From: Octopus bimaculoides
Taxonomy: Eukaryota
Length of the DNA: 64,000 nt
Direction: 5' to 3'
NCBI RefSeq assembly: GCF_001194135.2
Contig: NC_068985.1
Location: 78,945,167 to 79,009,166 of the forward strand
The position numbers and the translations under genes are program-made. The notes under the pieces are model-generated. The model was not told the origin of the DNA, searched no databases, and was given only the letters and a program-made list of their open reading frames with translations. Positions within the stretch are counted from its first letter, which is position 1. Every line of letters starts with the position of its first letter. Below, piece by piece: positions 11,983 to 25,339 of the stretch.

Positions 11983-12140
11983 ACGGGATTCTTTCAATTT
12001 CCATCTTCCAAATTCACTCACAAGGATTTGATCAGCCCAAAGTTATAGTAGGAGGCACTTCTCCGAGGTGCCATGCAGTGGGACTGAACCCAGAACCATG
12101 AGGTTGGAAAGCAAGCTTCTTACCACACAGCCATGCCCAA
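11575..12140 (-). mobile_element. CORE-like SINE family B with embedded (CA)n and a nested family C copy
   Basis: Minus strand has ggttcagtcccactgcatggcacc-tcggagaagtgcc (MIR CORE-like ccttgggcaagt motif in better copies) and the 3' module gtgctccagcatg...gactgaaacaagtaaaaga. Other copies at about 2390-2510, 14895-15270, 23790-24165, 28193-28510, 31885-32060, 33235-33590, 41440-41760, 44690-45200, 59660-59905, 61180-61310. Confidence 0.75.
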
Positions 12141-13014
12141 GCATATCTTAAACAGTGTCACTCTAATCTATGTAACACTTGTACCATATAAAGGGGTCTG
12201 CAGGTAATCAGAGTTTAAGTATTTTCTCATCCTTAAGAGGTAGTCTAGCCTTCAGATGCAGTTTTGGTCAGGTTATTAATGCATGGATACCATGAAAACC
12301 TCGCCATGCACTGTCAGGCCAAGTATTTGTAAAGTTTGTTTAAGCATTAATAGCATTTTATATGAGTTAGTAAGCTGTATGCGTCATTGATTAAGTAGGC
12401 CAGTAGTCAAAAGTGTTCCGGCTGTGACCATCCTGTCTAATTCCAAACTAAACTGCACCCAAGACAACACTATCCAATGCACACTTTTTCTAGAAAATAG
12501 CAAAAGACATGGCTACTAATTCTAGTAGGTCAAGTAACAATATGTATATTTATATATTGGTTTCCAATTCTGGCACAAGGCCAGCAATTTCAAGGGAGGG
12601 GGTAAGTTGATTACATCAGTCCTAGTGCTCAGCTGCTACTGATTCTATTGACCCCCAAAAGAATGAAAGGCAAAGTCAACCTTGGCAGAATTTGAACTCA
12701 GAAAATTAACAAAATTCTGTAAAGCATTTTATCTGGCATGCTAATAATTCTGCAAGCTTACCACCTCTATGTATACTTATATATTGATTTCAAATTTTGG
12801 CACAATGCCAGCAATTTCAGGGGAGGAGTAAGTCAATTACATCAACTCCAATATTCAGCTGATACTTATTTTATCAATCCTGAAAGGATGAATGGCGAAG
12901 TCTACCTCAACGGAGTTTGAACTCAGAACATGGAGACGGACAAAATGGTGCAAAGCATTTTGCCCAGCATGCTAATCATTCTGAAAGCTCGCCACCTTTA
13001 TGTATATTTATATA

Positions 13015-13243
13015 TTAACCCCTTTAGTGTTTAAACCGGCCATACCTGGGTCAAATATTTCAGTTGTTTTATGTTCAAACTGGCAAAATTCAGCCTCTTA
13101 CAACTACCTTACAATGCCATCCTAAAACTAAATAAACACGTCATAGAAATCTGACAACTACAAGATAATGCTCGATGAATTCAAAACAATCAGAATAAAT
13201 AAGCATTACATTTGGCAGAGTAATCTGAATGGTAAAGGAATAA
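13015..13243 (+). mobile_element. piggyBac-like TTAA MITE
   Basis: ttaacccctttagtgtttaaaccgg ... aatctgaatggtaaaggaataa; same family as 906-1134. Confidence 0.75.
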
Positions 13244-15444
13244 TGAACAGTATTAATTTGGTGGATGAAAACTGAAATAAAACCGTGTGTGTGTGGATTT
13301 ATATCTCCTTTGTGTTGACATCCATGAGAGTAATAAACATGTGTCACTGTCATATAATGTGTCCCTCATTTTCAGTCTTCCATGAAAACATGTCTAGGCA
13401 TAGGAGAAATATTACTTTGCTTGGCATTAGGTGAGGGTTGGCAATAGGAAAGGCATTCTAACCTAGAGACGATCAGCACAAGAAACATGCCTGACTGGAT
13501 GCTTGCTTTTGAGCAGAAACATCCAAATAATTGAGTGTATTTCTCATCTGTGTAACTTCCAGTAACCCATCTTCAAATCAAGCGATTAATACAAATGCAC
13601 AGACATACACATGTATGCATGCATGTGCATGCGTGTGTGCATGTTTATTTAGTGTTGCTGGAAAACAATTTTGCTGTTATAACCCACAGACAGCATATGA
13701 ATGTCTGGCCAACTGAAGTATTGTTAACCTAGCTGGGTCTCATTCAGCTGCAGTGCAGTCAGAACCATATATATTCTCACAGTCAGATGGTTGATATATT
13801 ATTGATTCAGAAATGCTAAACACATGAAAAACAACAGCTAAGGTATTGTTAAAAAATTTACTGCAGGGAGCAGTAAAACAGCTAACTAGAAATAATTATG
13901 CAATGAAGAAAAAAAACCAAAACAAAACCAACCAAAGGCTAATATCAATTTTGTTTTTCACACTGAATACAGGAAACAACTCTACAACTGATATATATGT
14001 GCTTCTTAACAATATACATCTATAAGAGATGTTATCTTGGGGCAAATACCGCAGTTTATCAGGTGTTCGACAAAGCATTTGTTTTAGGTATAATACACTG
14101 ATTGCTATTTTGAACTAACACTGCTTCTGTGGTTCATAACAAATTTTTATTAAGAATACAGGCTAAGTGCAACATCCATGATTTTTCAATCACTGTTTTA
14201 CTATATCAGTAACAGCAAATTTTGTCTTAGCTTGCAGCTACCAGTAGACACTTGCCACTGATGTCTACCAAATAGGCAGAAATGCACATTTAGCAATATC
14301 ACCACTACTGTTAAACGATTTTCATTCTACTGCTGATATAGTTCTGTATTTTTTAACAATATATGTTGATAAGAGATGCTATCTCAGGAAGATGGCAAAC
14401 TACAGTTTATCACGTTTTCAACAATGTATCTGCTTTAAGTATGATACACAGATTGATTGGTTGATTGATTGATGTATGTGTGTATATGTATATACAAACA
14501 CACACTTATATGTATGCATATATTTGTGTATGCATGTGTGCATACATATATTATATCCCCGCATCTTCATGTCCTCGATATAGTTGTCAACAACAGCCTT
14601 ACTGTTCATGTGGATAATGCTGTTTGCTTGCTGTCCACCACAAAACTATGCCCAAGCTTCTTGACATGTCTTGACATGTTGCGTGATCATTGTAAACAAA
14701 GCAGTCTCATTCAAATGGTTTTGTTTGTTTCCAGCTCTCCATGTAAATATGTTTGGGTTGTTTGTTTTATAGGTTGGAAGATTATTATCTTGCTTGGAGG
14801 AAAATAGACTTTAATAAAAGATGATGGTGAAAAAGATGCCCCAGAATGATTAATTAACAAAAAAAAAAAAAAAGGGGCAGTAGTTATTCTTTTACTCTAT
14901 TACTTGTTTCAGTCATTTGACTGCAGCCATGCTGGAGCACTGCCTTAAAAGGATTTATTCTTTGTAAACTTAATAATTATTCTATCAGTCTCTTTTGCAG
15001 AACCATTAAGTTATGAGGACATAAACACACCAACATTGGTTGTCAAGTGATGGTGAGGGGACAAACAGATACACAAACACACACATATATATATATACAC
15101 ACACACACACACGATAGGCTTCTTTCAGTTTCTGTCTACCAAATCTACTCACTTTGATCAGCCTGATGCTATAGCAAAAGACACTTGCCTAAGGTGTCAC
15201 ACAGTGAGACTGAACCCAAATCCATGTTGTTGGGAAGCAAGCTTCAATCACACAGCCGCGCCTGCACCTATATTTTGCCTAAATTTTTAACTTCAAAACT
15301 TTCTTTTTGACTTTCCATGCAAAGTGCACAGGCAATATGTAGTTGCTTTAAGGTAGTGAAGAGGCAAAACTGTTAGCATGCCAGACAAAATGCTTAGTGG
15401 CATTTCGTCCATCTTTACATTCTGAGTTCAAATTCTTATTTCTT

Positions 15445-15668
15445 TATTGCCCACAAAGGGCTAAACGTAGAGGGGACAAACAAGGACAGACAAACGAATT
15501 AAGTCGATAACATCGACCCCAGTGCGTAACTGGTACTTTATTTATCGACCCCGAAAGGATGAAAGGCAAAGTCGACCTCGGCGGAATTTGAACTGAGAAC
15601 ATAATGGCAGACAAAATACTGCTAAGCATTTTGCCCGACGTGCTAACGTTTCTGCCAGCTCGCCGTCT
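15445..15668 (-). mobile_element. Young CpG-intact SINE family A copy nested in an older opposite-strand copy
   Basis: Retains gtcgacctcggcggaatttgaac. Flanked by near-duplicated agttcaaattct / agttcgaattct, the B-box of the host SINE. Confidence 0.85.
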
Positions 15669-16189
15669 TTTTAAGTTCGAATTCTGTCAAGGAATTCATC
15701 CTGAAATTCATTCTCTCAGGGTTAATGAAATAAGTAGCAGTTGAAGACTGGGGTCAATGTAAATAAACTTATCTCCTTCCTCAAAATTGCTGTCCTTGTG
15801 CCATAATGAGGAACCAGTATTTAGTTGCTTTTATCTCAAGCACAATGGTAGTACACCAGAATAGCCACAGCTGGAACCGGTACAAGAATAGAAGAGTGTT
15901 ACATAAAGTCAAAAAATGTTGAGAAGGATGGCAATAAATTACTGAGGAAATCCAGAATTATAGATTAACTTCCCAACAAACACACACACACATAATGTAT
16001 ACGCACAATTTCTTCCATTTATTCATGAATAATTACCAATATAAGTGAAGAGGTTCCATGTGAAATTGGAATCAGGTTGTAATTTTATAAGACTGATTAT
16101 TTATAATGATTAAATTAAAAAATTCAAGCAAACAACTGTCTGAAAAAAAAAAAAAAACTGGCTGGAAGAGTAATGACAATGAAGGCATA

Positions 16190-18010
16190 GCAGATTAGCA
16201 TTCAATGCGTAGCAATGAACATTGACTTAGGGGATTGATTGCAAAGGCAAAGGAACAGAACTCAAAGAATTTACCAATTCTTGATGTGAAACATGTACAA
16301 ACATCAATCAAGCAAGTCAGATGAAGATCAACAGGAAGAACAATCTAATATTATGTAGAGGGAGGGAGTATGGGAAGAGAAAAAAATGTCTTGTCACCAT
16401 AACTGCTATTTAAAACTGATGTTATGTCCACTGTCTGACACAATAAATCCATCATATGGATACCCAGATATAGCAACAATATTATTGCCATGAAATCATT
16501 AATAATAAATCATCAGTTGATGTTATCTTTCCTTCCCCACTTCTTCCATCCTGGATCAATAACACATCACAGTTATGTTTTTCATAGCAATCCGTCATCC
16601 ATTCAATACCGAATATAAAATGGATTACAGTATTCTGAAATATGTAATTTAGGAATGTTCGACTAATACACGCCAACAAAGAATTATACATATCTCATCT
16701 GAAGACAATCAAAGCATGAATGAAGCTTTTACAATGAAGCAGCAAAGAATCTTTGAATGATCAAGAATTTTTCCCCAAGATAAAAATAGTAATCTTATTG
16801 AGATATTCACTAAAATAAATTCCACTAATGAATATAAAAGAGTATGACAATAACTTTCAGTAATAGCAACAAATTGAATTTTAATAAAATAGATGAAATG
16901 CCATAGAATCTGTAAATGGTTTTGGATAGAATTTGGATAGAATATATCACAATTTTTGTTTTTAAAATTTATTAGGTTAAAGAAATTGGAATCTATTCAA
17001 CTTTTTGGATCAAGAGATATTTGGATATTTATTGTCAGTATTTTATAATTTGGCTGGTTGTTCATAAAATAAAAGGAAAAAAAAAAGATGTTAAAAAAGA
17101 AAAGAAATAATAGCCACAATCATTGTGTGCTTTGTGCATACCATCTGCTAAAGTTTAAAACACTTTTGTATACTGAACAGTAATAAATTTTAAATAACAA
17201 TAGATCTAAAAGTGAGCCACCCTCAAGGTTTACAATATGTGAAATGAAGGAATAATAAAAGGTTTCTCTCTCTTTATCACAACTTGGTGAGAATTTTCTT
17301 TGAGAAGAGACACATTTCAAGATAGAACAGTAGGGAAAGAATATCCGTTACAATGTCATGGTCAATAGTATCATATCAAAGGAAGTAAGAGATCAATGAA
17401 TACAACTTCTGACACAGTGTTTGTAGTCAATAGCAACCATTACATCATTCATGAATATCAGGAGGATTTTAGCATTGTGATACTTCTTACAACCAAATTA
17501 CTTATTCACATGTAGAGCATTTCTGAACACTCAACAAAGCTTATTCTAAGAATACCATTAAGTGCTGTTCACATACACCAGATGGTGCTGATACTACATA
17601 CATACAAACGTTCAAGTCCAAATCCAAATGAATGTTATTCAACTGGTGGGAAAAGACTACTCATCATTCACCAACATAGTTCAATGTTCAGTTTACTGGC
17701 TCACAGACATGCACTGTCTCTTCTTTTCTCTTTCTGCATGCTACAACATCCACTGCTCCTCTGATCTAGCTAGTTACACACTATTTCCAGATCTACTTTT
17801 AATACCTGTTCTTCCTTCTCTTCCATCACCTTTACTGTGACTCATTCCTCATCTCCAACCCTAAACCATTTCACCAAATCCTCCTCACCAGAAATTTGAC
17901 TTTCTGGAATTTCTTCATTGCCCAGTTCTTCAACAGACACCAATCAGTAAAGGATTTTGGAGAGTATGCAAAGCTCACAAACATTGACTCTTCTTGTCTG
18001 AACTTACATT
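16190..18010 (+). mobile_element. Heavily decayed L2-clade/Jockey-group LINE
   Basis: Frameshifted composite at 17560-17900 (DGADTTYIQT-VQIQMNVIQLVG-SLLAHRHA-LSLLF-CYNIHCSSDLAS) resembles the RT C-terminus W.GA....L..L.RVQ.RA..LIG...L.HRR...LSLFYRY....CS.ELAS. The upstream 16.2-17.5 kb looks like decayed coding sequence with many stops; the 5' boundary is uncertain. Confidence 0.5.
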
Positions 18011-19605
18011 AGCACACACTGAACTGTGTTAGAATCATAATTCATATGCAGACATTTCAAGGATATATGAAATAAATCAATTTAAGGGTGAATACAGTAG
18101 TATATAAAAGCATTTAATATAATAAATTTATAAAAAGCAGAAAGCTGGCAGAATCATTATCACACGGGCTAAAATGCTTAGTGGCATTTCAACTGTGTTC
18201 ACATTCTGAGTTCAAATTCTACTGATGTTGACTTTACCCTCCATCTTTCCAGGGCTGTTGAAATAAGTACCAGATAAACACTGAGGTCAATATAATCAAC
18301 TTACTCGCTCCTTAGAAATTGCTAGCCTTGTGCCAAAATTTGAAATCAATATATTGAATTAAAAAAACCTTGGTTAGAAAAAAGAAGATGCTTGAGTACA
18401 GAAGATGCAGGTTCAAATTCAACAGGTACCCTTGAACCCTTTTGCTAGTTAAAGGTTTTTTAATCAATAAATTGAATGGTATTATTCATAGTTGTCTCCA
18501 CTTAAAGACTGGCCTTATAGATATTTATAATTCGAATTAAGTACCTGTGAAAACTAGATTACAAAATAAGTCTATAAATGTGCAAGATCCATGATAAAGA
18601 TCAATGTTACTTTTTTAAAGAAGTGGTGAAACTTTGTTGCCAAATGACTGAAATGGGTCGAAGTGTATTATAATACAATGTTGTGATACAGTTAATATCA
18701 GTAGCTATAACCCATATAGGGCAAATATGACTTTTGGCATTATTTGAACTCAAAACATAAAATTAAGAACTGTAACTAAATACTGAAACGTCCTTTTGTG
18801 TGATGTGTTAATGATTCTACCAACAGAGATATATTGGTTTCATATTTTCCTCCAGAGATATATTGGTTTCACATTTTGGTACAAGACCAGCAAATCCAGG
18901 GAAAGGGATAATCAATTGCATTGACCCCAGTGCCTGACTGGTACTTATTTTATCGATCCCAAAAGAATGAAAGGCAAAGTCAACCTTAACGGAATTTGAA
19001 CCTAGAATGTAAAGCCAGACAAAATGCCACTAAGCATTTTGCCCAGTGTGCTTACAGTTCTGCCAGCTCACTGCCTTAATGTCCTGAGATATATTAATAA
19101 GTCTTTTCAAGAAAAAGGCTCTAAACCTATCAGAGGGTCTGTGAATACCGAAGATACTTCCCCTTCATCCAGACCCAGCAAATAATACAAAAATGAAAAC
19201 ATTTAATAATATCAGTAACAGGAAATAAAATAGCAACCTAAATCTCCAACATTTGGAAAAATCGTTACAATGCTTAAATCAAAAATAGACTCAAAACCAA
19301 TTTATAGTAGGATCACATAGTCCTTTAACAGTTTCAGCCCTTGTACTGTAGCCATACTGGGCACCACATTTAAGGGTTTAAGTGATTGTATGGGTCTCAT
19401 TACTTTGTTTTGTACTTGTTTTATTTATATTACACGAGAATAATATACCAAGAGAAGACGTTAGTGTCAGGGCATGGGGTCGGTAAAACTCAATTGGACA
19501 TAAATAATTAGAGTATTCTTGTTCGAATGTACTACTCTTTATTCACCTTACACTGGTATAAACACATGCACATATCTACACACCACAGGCTTCTGCACAG
19601 TTTCT

Positions 19606-19832
19606 TATTTCTTTACTGCCCAAAAGAGGCTACACAGAGGGGACAAACAAGGAGAGACAAACCTATTAAGTCGATTAACATCGACCCCAATGCGTAACTG
19701 GTACTTATTTAATCGACCCCAAAAGGATGAAAGGCAAAGTCAACCTCGGCGGAATTTGAACTCAGAACATAGTGGCAGACGAAATACCGCTAAGCATTTC
19801 GCCCAGTGTGCTAACGATTCTGCCAACTCGTC
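19606..19832 (-). mobile_element. Young SINE family A with 18-bp TSD, inserted in a family B SINE
   Basis: Perfect direct repeat ggcttctgcacagtttct at 19588-19605 and 19833-19850. CpGs retained. Confidence 0.92.
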
Positions 19833-20586
19833 GGCTTCTGCACAGTTTCTACCAAACAAAACTTTCACTAAAGAAAGATACTGGTTAACATGGAGTTATT
19901 GTAGAAGAGACTTATGTGGAGTATCATGCAATACGATTGAACCTGGATCTACAAAGTTGCAAAACAAACTTCTTAACCACACAGCTATGCCTGTAACCAA
20001 ATCTATACTACTACTACTACTGCTGTTGCCACTACTACTACAGCTGCCACCACCACTACTACTATCACCACCACCGCCACTGCTGCTGCTGCTACTACTA
20101 CGACTACTACTACTACCACCATAACAAAATTAAAATCAATAACCATAAAGTATTAGTCAACAGAATCAGGACATTTATTGATTGTTATCACTGCTAATAG
20201 TTAAAGACATCTCTTATCCAATCACCTTCCTTAGATTCTGTTAATACATGCACAGAAGTTTTGGCATTCAATATTTTATCAGATAAGGCATTTAATTTTC
20301 ATTGTCCAATAAAAATTAAATTATAACTAGTCGACTATATTAATGTTCCAATCTAATTTTACTTCAGTCTTTTCCATTATTGTCACCTGAACTGTGGCTC
20401 TCAACCTGGGTGATAGCACCCTCACAAGGGGCATTGTGAGCTTGCAACGGGATATAAATTGTCAAGAGAGTACAATGGGGAATGATGATGTGTAGAGGAG
20501 TCATGAATGTGTTTTGGAAACTAAATATTTAAATTGAATGTAATAATTTTATTTTAAATATATTTCCTGAAAAATCTTTGTCAGAA

Positions 20587-20816
20587 TTAACTCTTTAGCA
20601 TTTAAACTGGCCGTATCCAACCAAAATATTTTGCCTCTTTTACACTCAAACTGGCCAGATTCAACATCTTACACCTACCCTATAATGCCATTGTAAAAAA
20701 GATAAACAATCACTTTATCAAAATCTTGAGCCACAAGACAATACATATGGTTAATTTAGAACAATATGAATAAATAAGCATTGCATTTGACAATAATCTG
20801 AATGTTAAGGAGTTAA
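20587..20816 (+). mobile_element. piggyBac-like TTAA MITE
   Basis: ttaactctttagcattt ... aatgttaaggagttaa. Confidence 0.75.
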
Positions 20817-21377
20817 TGTGTTGAGTAGGACATTGTATGATTATCAGTAAGCAAAAAAATAATTGATGATGCACCAACGTTCAATATAAGTTCATTATAT
20901 AAATCTTCAGCTTTCTTTAATTTCCATAAAAATGTAACATGCAAGCCCTAGTTCACACAAATATCTAAAAAGAAGCACTTGCTGGATTGGACAGTCCAAG
21001 AACATACAGGTAATAAACCACTGCACAAGTTTGCTTTTTTTTTAATTGAAATAATCAGCTTTTCTTCTTGTACAATATAAGGAAAGGGCAAAATGTTATT
21101 TGGTGAAAGAAGGTGCTCAACTTACAAAAGGTTGAGAACATTTGCCTTGTATAAAAATCTTTGAAGATAAGGATTCTGAATATAAATAATAAAACTGAAA
21201 ATTAAGATTGGAAACTGATCATTTGATGAAACCTTTTGAAACTGAAAGGATCTTAAGACAAAGGAAGATTCTCAGACACAGGTAAAGATACAATCATTTC
21301 AAGGTCCATCTTTAAAAGAACTGGAAAAGATCAGAATGAGGCAGTGAATTGGCAGGGTTGTTAGAGCATCAGATTAA

Positions 21378-21418
21378 CAACCAATGCAGTACTGGAAGAC
21401 AGAGTACTGCATTGGTTG
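21378..21418. other. Perfect 16-bp inverted repeat with 9-nt loop
   Basis: caaccaatgcagtact-ggaagacag-agtactgcattggttg. Confidence 0.9.
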
Positions 21419-22485
21419 GCCAGTCCTGAAATGCAGGATATCACAAGAATCATACTAATTTTGTTTACATCTATTGTGAAAGAGAGAAACAGGGAAACCA
21501 TACTAATGTGAAGGAAAACAAACTTTTATCTTTTCTTCTATCATTCATTTTTGACCTGCAACAGAATCATTACAGGAACACAATTTTAACTTAAAATTTA
21601 TGAGTAAAATGCCTTGTGATACTTAATTCAGTTGTTTGTGTCCCAAGTTCAAATCCCATCAAGATCACTTTGACTTTCATCCTTTTGGGTTCAATAAATG
21701 AAGTACCAGCCTAAAACAAGGAATTGATAGAATTGTTAGAGGACGCCTTGTAATATCTGCTTTGGCTCTGAATGTTCTGAATTCAAAATTCCAACTAGAA
21801 AACCATTACAGTAAAGCAACCGTTTTGAGCAGAGTAATAAACACACACAACACAAACACACATACAAAGACTGGATGACTGAGTATGTGCAGGTTCATGT
21901 TTTGGCTTATCGAGTAGGAGTTGCATAGAGAAGCCGGATCTCAAACTTGGGAAGCAAAGTTTTATTTACCGGAAACATACCCCCTATGCCTGCTATTATA
22001 ATGCAGTTCACATCTAAAAATATATATATCAATACTTGAAGCCATTTTATAAAATATGGACGTGCTCTGGGTTAAAAACTAGCTTAATGATTAATTAATT
22101 ATTTATCTAATTCATTTAAATAATTTATAAGAATTTAATTCAGTAATCCTGCCTGTAACAATTACAGAGCACTAATTCAGTAATGTTGTCACCACAACCA
22201 CCACTACCATCTGCATTATATGTGTCTACATGTGAGCGTATGTACTAATAGTACATGTCTAAGTTTGTCAATCATTTGTTCATATGTGCATGTATGGTTG
22301 TGTGTATGTGCATGCATAGATTAATGTGTAAGTATATATGACTGTGAGCACATAGAACTTTCTCAGCGTGTACATGCATGTGCCATATGTGTGAAACATT
22401 AATTCAAAATTCCCAGCAGACATTGTTTAAATTAGCTTATTTACATTAATCAAGTTTATTCCTGTGAATATCAGTGACCACATAC

Positions 22486-22617
22486 AAGGAATAACTTGTC
22501 CACGAGAGTAAAATTGAAGATGTTCACTTAGCAATATTGTACTATGTTCAATTCCTATGCACAGGACCTTCAGCAAATGTCCTCTTCTATATTTACAGGA
22601 CGAGCAATGCCTTAAGG
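22486..22617 (-). other. Candidate 132-nt exon
   Basis: Acceptor ttctctattatttctgtttatgatattccag, donor CCTT|GTATGT, length divisible by 3, one open frame (LRHCSSCKYRRGHLLKVLCIGIEHSTILLSEHLQFYSRGQVIP). No recognisable homology. Confidence 0.22.
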
Positions 22618-23524
22618 CTGGAATATCATAAACAGAAATAATAGAGAAGGCCATCATGTACATGTGTAAGTGTATGCATGTATATATATGTATACATGTG
22701 TGTGAGTATATATATATATATATAAGTATATGTATATCTTGTGTGTGTGTGTAATCATTCTCATCATTTTAATTTTTACTTTTCCATGATTGTATGGGTC
22801 AGATAGTATTTTATGCAGATTTCCTACAGCCAGATGCCCTTCCTGTTGCAAAGCCTCATGGCCAGACATCTTTTCATGGACAATTTCTAATGAAAGTCCC
22901 TACTTGTATGATAGTCATAAACGCACACACACAAAGAGCTTCTTCTAATTTCTGTCAACCAAATCTACTCACAAAGATGTAGATGACCTGGGGCTTTAGA
23001 AGATGTCACTTATCCAATGTGCCACAGAAAAGCTATCTTAACTACACACACACGATTATATTCATTTTTACATTCACTTTCCCTATGCTTACTTGGGTTG
23101 GTTGAGATTTTTTGAGGCAGTATTCTACAGCTGGATGTCCTTCCTGGCACCAACCTTTACTTGCTTTACAAGTAAGGTGATTTATTCAATTAGTTTTTGC
23201 ATATCAAAGCAGTGAGTTGAGAGGCATATAGTTGATGTAGGGCATGAACATCACCACACTGCAAGCAGTATCAATGCATAGACATGCTAAGACAGACAGA
23301 CACACATATACATGAAGGCCTTCCATGCAGGAATTTTGATTTGGTTATATAATCAAATATTCATAAGGAATTGGCTAAACCAAGGCTATATTGAAAGGCA
23401 CTTGTTCAAGGTGCTATGCAATAAGACCAAACTGGAACTTTGTGATTGAAAAGAAAATTCTTAATTCTATAGCCATGTTTAGACTTGCATATGAAAATAC
23501 TACACATAATATGTCTCAGCAAAA

Positions 23525-23752
23525 GGGCAGCAAGCTGGCAGAATCATTAGCACGCCGGGTGAAATGCTAGCGGTATTTCATCTGCCATTACATTCTGAGT
23601 TCAAATTCCGCCCAAGTCAATTCTGTCTTTCATCCTTTCAGGGTCAATTAAATAAATACCAGTTAGGCACTGGAGTCAATGTAATCAACTTAATCCCTTT
23701 GTCAGTCCTTATTTATCCCCTCTAAGTTTAGCCCACTGTGGGCAATAAAGAC
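23525..23752 (+). mobile_element. SINE family A, young-subfamily tail
   Basis: Head ggcagcaagctggcagaatcattagcacgccgggtgaaatg, B-box gagttcaaattcc, tail gtttagcccactgtgggcaataaag shared with the 15445 and 19606 copies. Confidence 0.85.
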
Positions 23753-25339
23753 ATAAATACGTTTCAGCAAAAGATATAATAAAAACTATATGGTTCCAGG
23801 TTCAGTACCACAGTGTAGCATCTTGGGCAAATGTCTTCTACTAAAGTCCTTGGGCCAACCAAAGCCTTATAAGTAGATTTGGTAGACAGAAACTGAAATA
23901 AGCTCATTGTATATATAGATATCTATCTATCTCTATATCTATGTGCATGTGTATATCTCTGTGTGTCTGTGTTTGTTCTTGTTCTCCCTCACCGCTTGAC
24001 AACCAGTGTTGGTTTAACATCCCTGTAACTCAGTGGTTTGGCAAAAGAGACTGATGGAATAAGTACCAGGCTAAAAGAAAAATACTAGCTCAATTTCTTC
24101 AACTAAAAACTCTTCAAGGCAGTCCCCTAGAATGGCCAGTTTAATGACTGATGCAAGTAAAAGACACCTAGATGAAAAATTTGATTACCAATGGCTTTCA
24201 ACAAACAACACCTTGTGTGATATTTGTTCCACACAAGTTATACAAGCACTTCCTTGTCACAAATGCAATGAACCAGTGATTGGACAGTTGGAAATTGTAG
24301 CCAACATTGTTATTCAAAAATAATGCATTACAATAAAAATAACTAACTAAATAAATGAAATAAGTAGGTGTATATATGAGACAGGGACTTCAACAATATA
24401 CTGAATTTAATGAAATCTGATCTGAAACTTCACATTGCTTGCTGACAACAATAACCTCACAATATACAACTTCAAATGACACAAATACAGAAACGACCTG
24501 CAACAAGTTGAGGCTTGATTCAATACCTGCTGTCCATTATATGAACACAAGTGACATTACCACAATCACCACAAAGTGTCTTCAACAACAACAACAACAA
24601 CCACCACCACCACCACCACCACCTCCACAACTAACTAACTACTTCCACTACGTTAAAAAAAAAGTATTCAAGCTAAAATGGATTCATTATGAAATCAATC
24701 AATTTCACTAGACACAGCAGTTAAAATCTCTCTCACATCACACCCAAACATCTTAGAACTGAAACGGATGCAAGGGAAGGTGGAAGGCAAAAACAAAAAA
24801 AAAAAACACAAAAAAAGTATGGTATGGCAAACAAAAGAGAAAAATTGAGAATCAGCATGGTTGGCATAGCTGATCTGAAGTTACACAATAAATGAAAAGC
24901 AGAAGCAATGTTGAACTACATCATTTATCTAAGTCTTCACAAGCTCTCACAGAAGGAGGTATAAATTAATAGTACATACACNNNNNNNNNNNNNNNNNNN
25001 NNNNNNNNNNNNNNNNNNNNNNNNNNNNNNNNNNNNNNNNNNNNNNNNNNNNNNNNNNNNNNNNNNNNNNNNNNNNNNNNNNNNNNNNNNNNNNNNNNNN
25101 NNNNNNNNNNNNNNNNNNNNNNNNNNNNNNNNNNNNNNNNNNNNNNNNNNNNNNNNNNNNNNNNNNNNNNNNNNNNNNNNNNNNNNNNNNNNNNNNNNNN
25201 NNNNNNNNNNNNNNNNNNNNNNNNNNNNNNNNNNNNNNNNNNNNNNNNNNNNNNNNNNNNNNNNNNNNNNNNNNNNNNNNNNNNNNNNNNNNNNNNNNNN
25301 NNNNNNNNNNNNNNNNNNNNNNNNNNNNNNNTATATATA

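Noticed and set aside
24132-24323. ORF with CxxC...CxxC
   Set aside because: Begins inside a SINE tail, has no convincing splice sites and no recognisable zinc-finger spacing.
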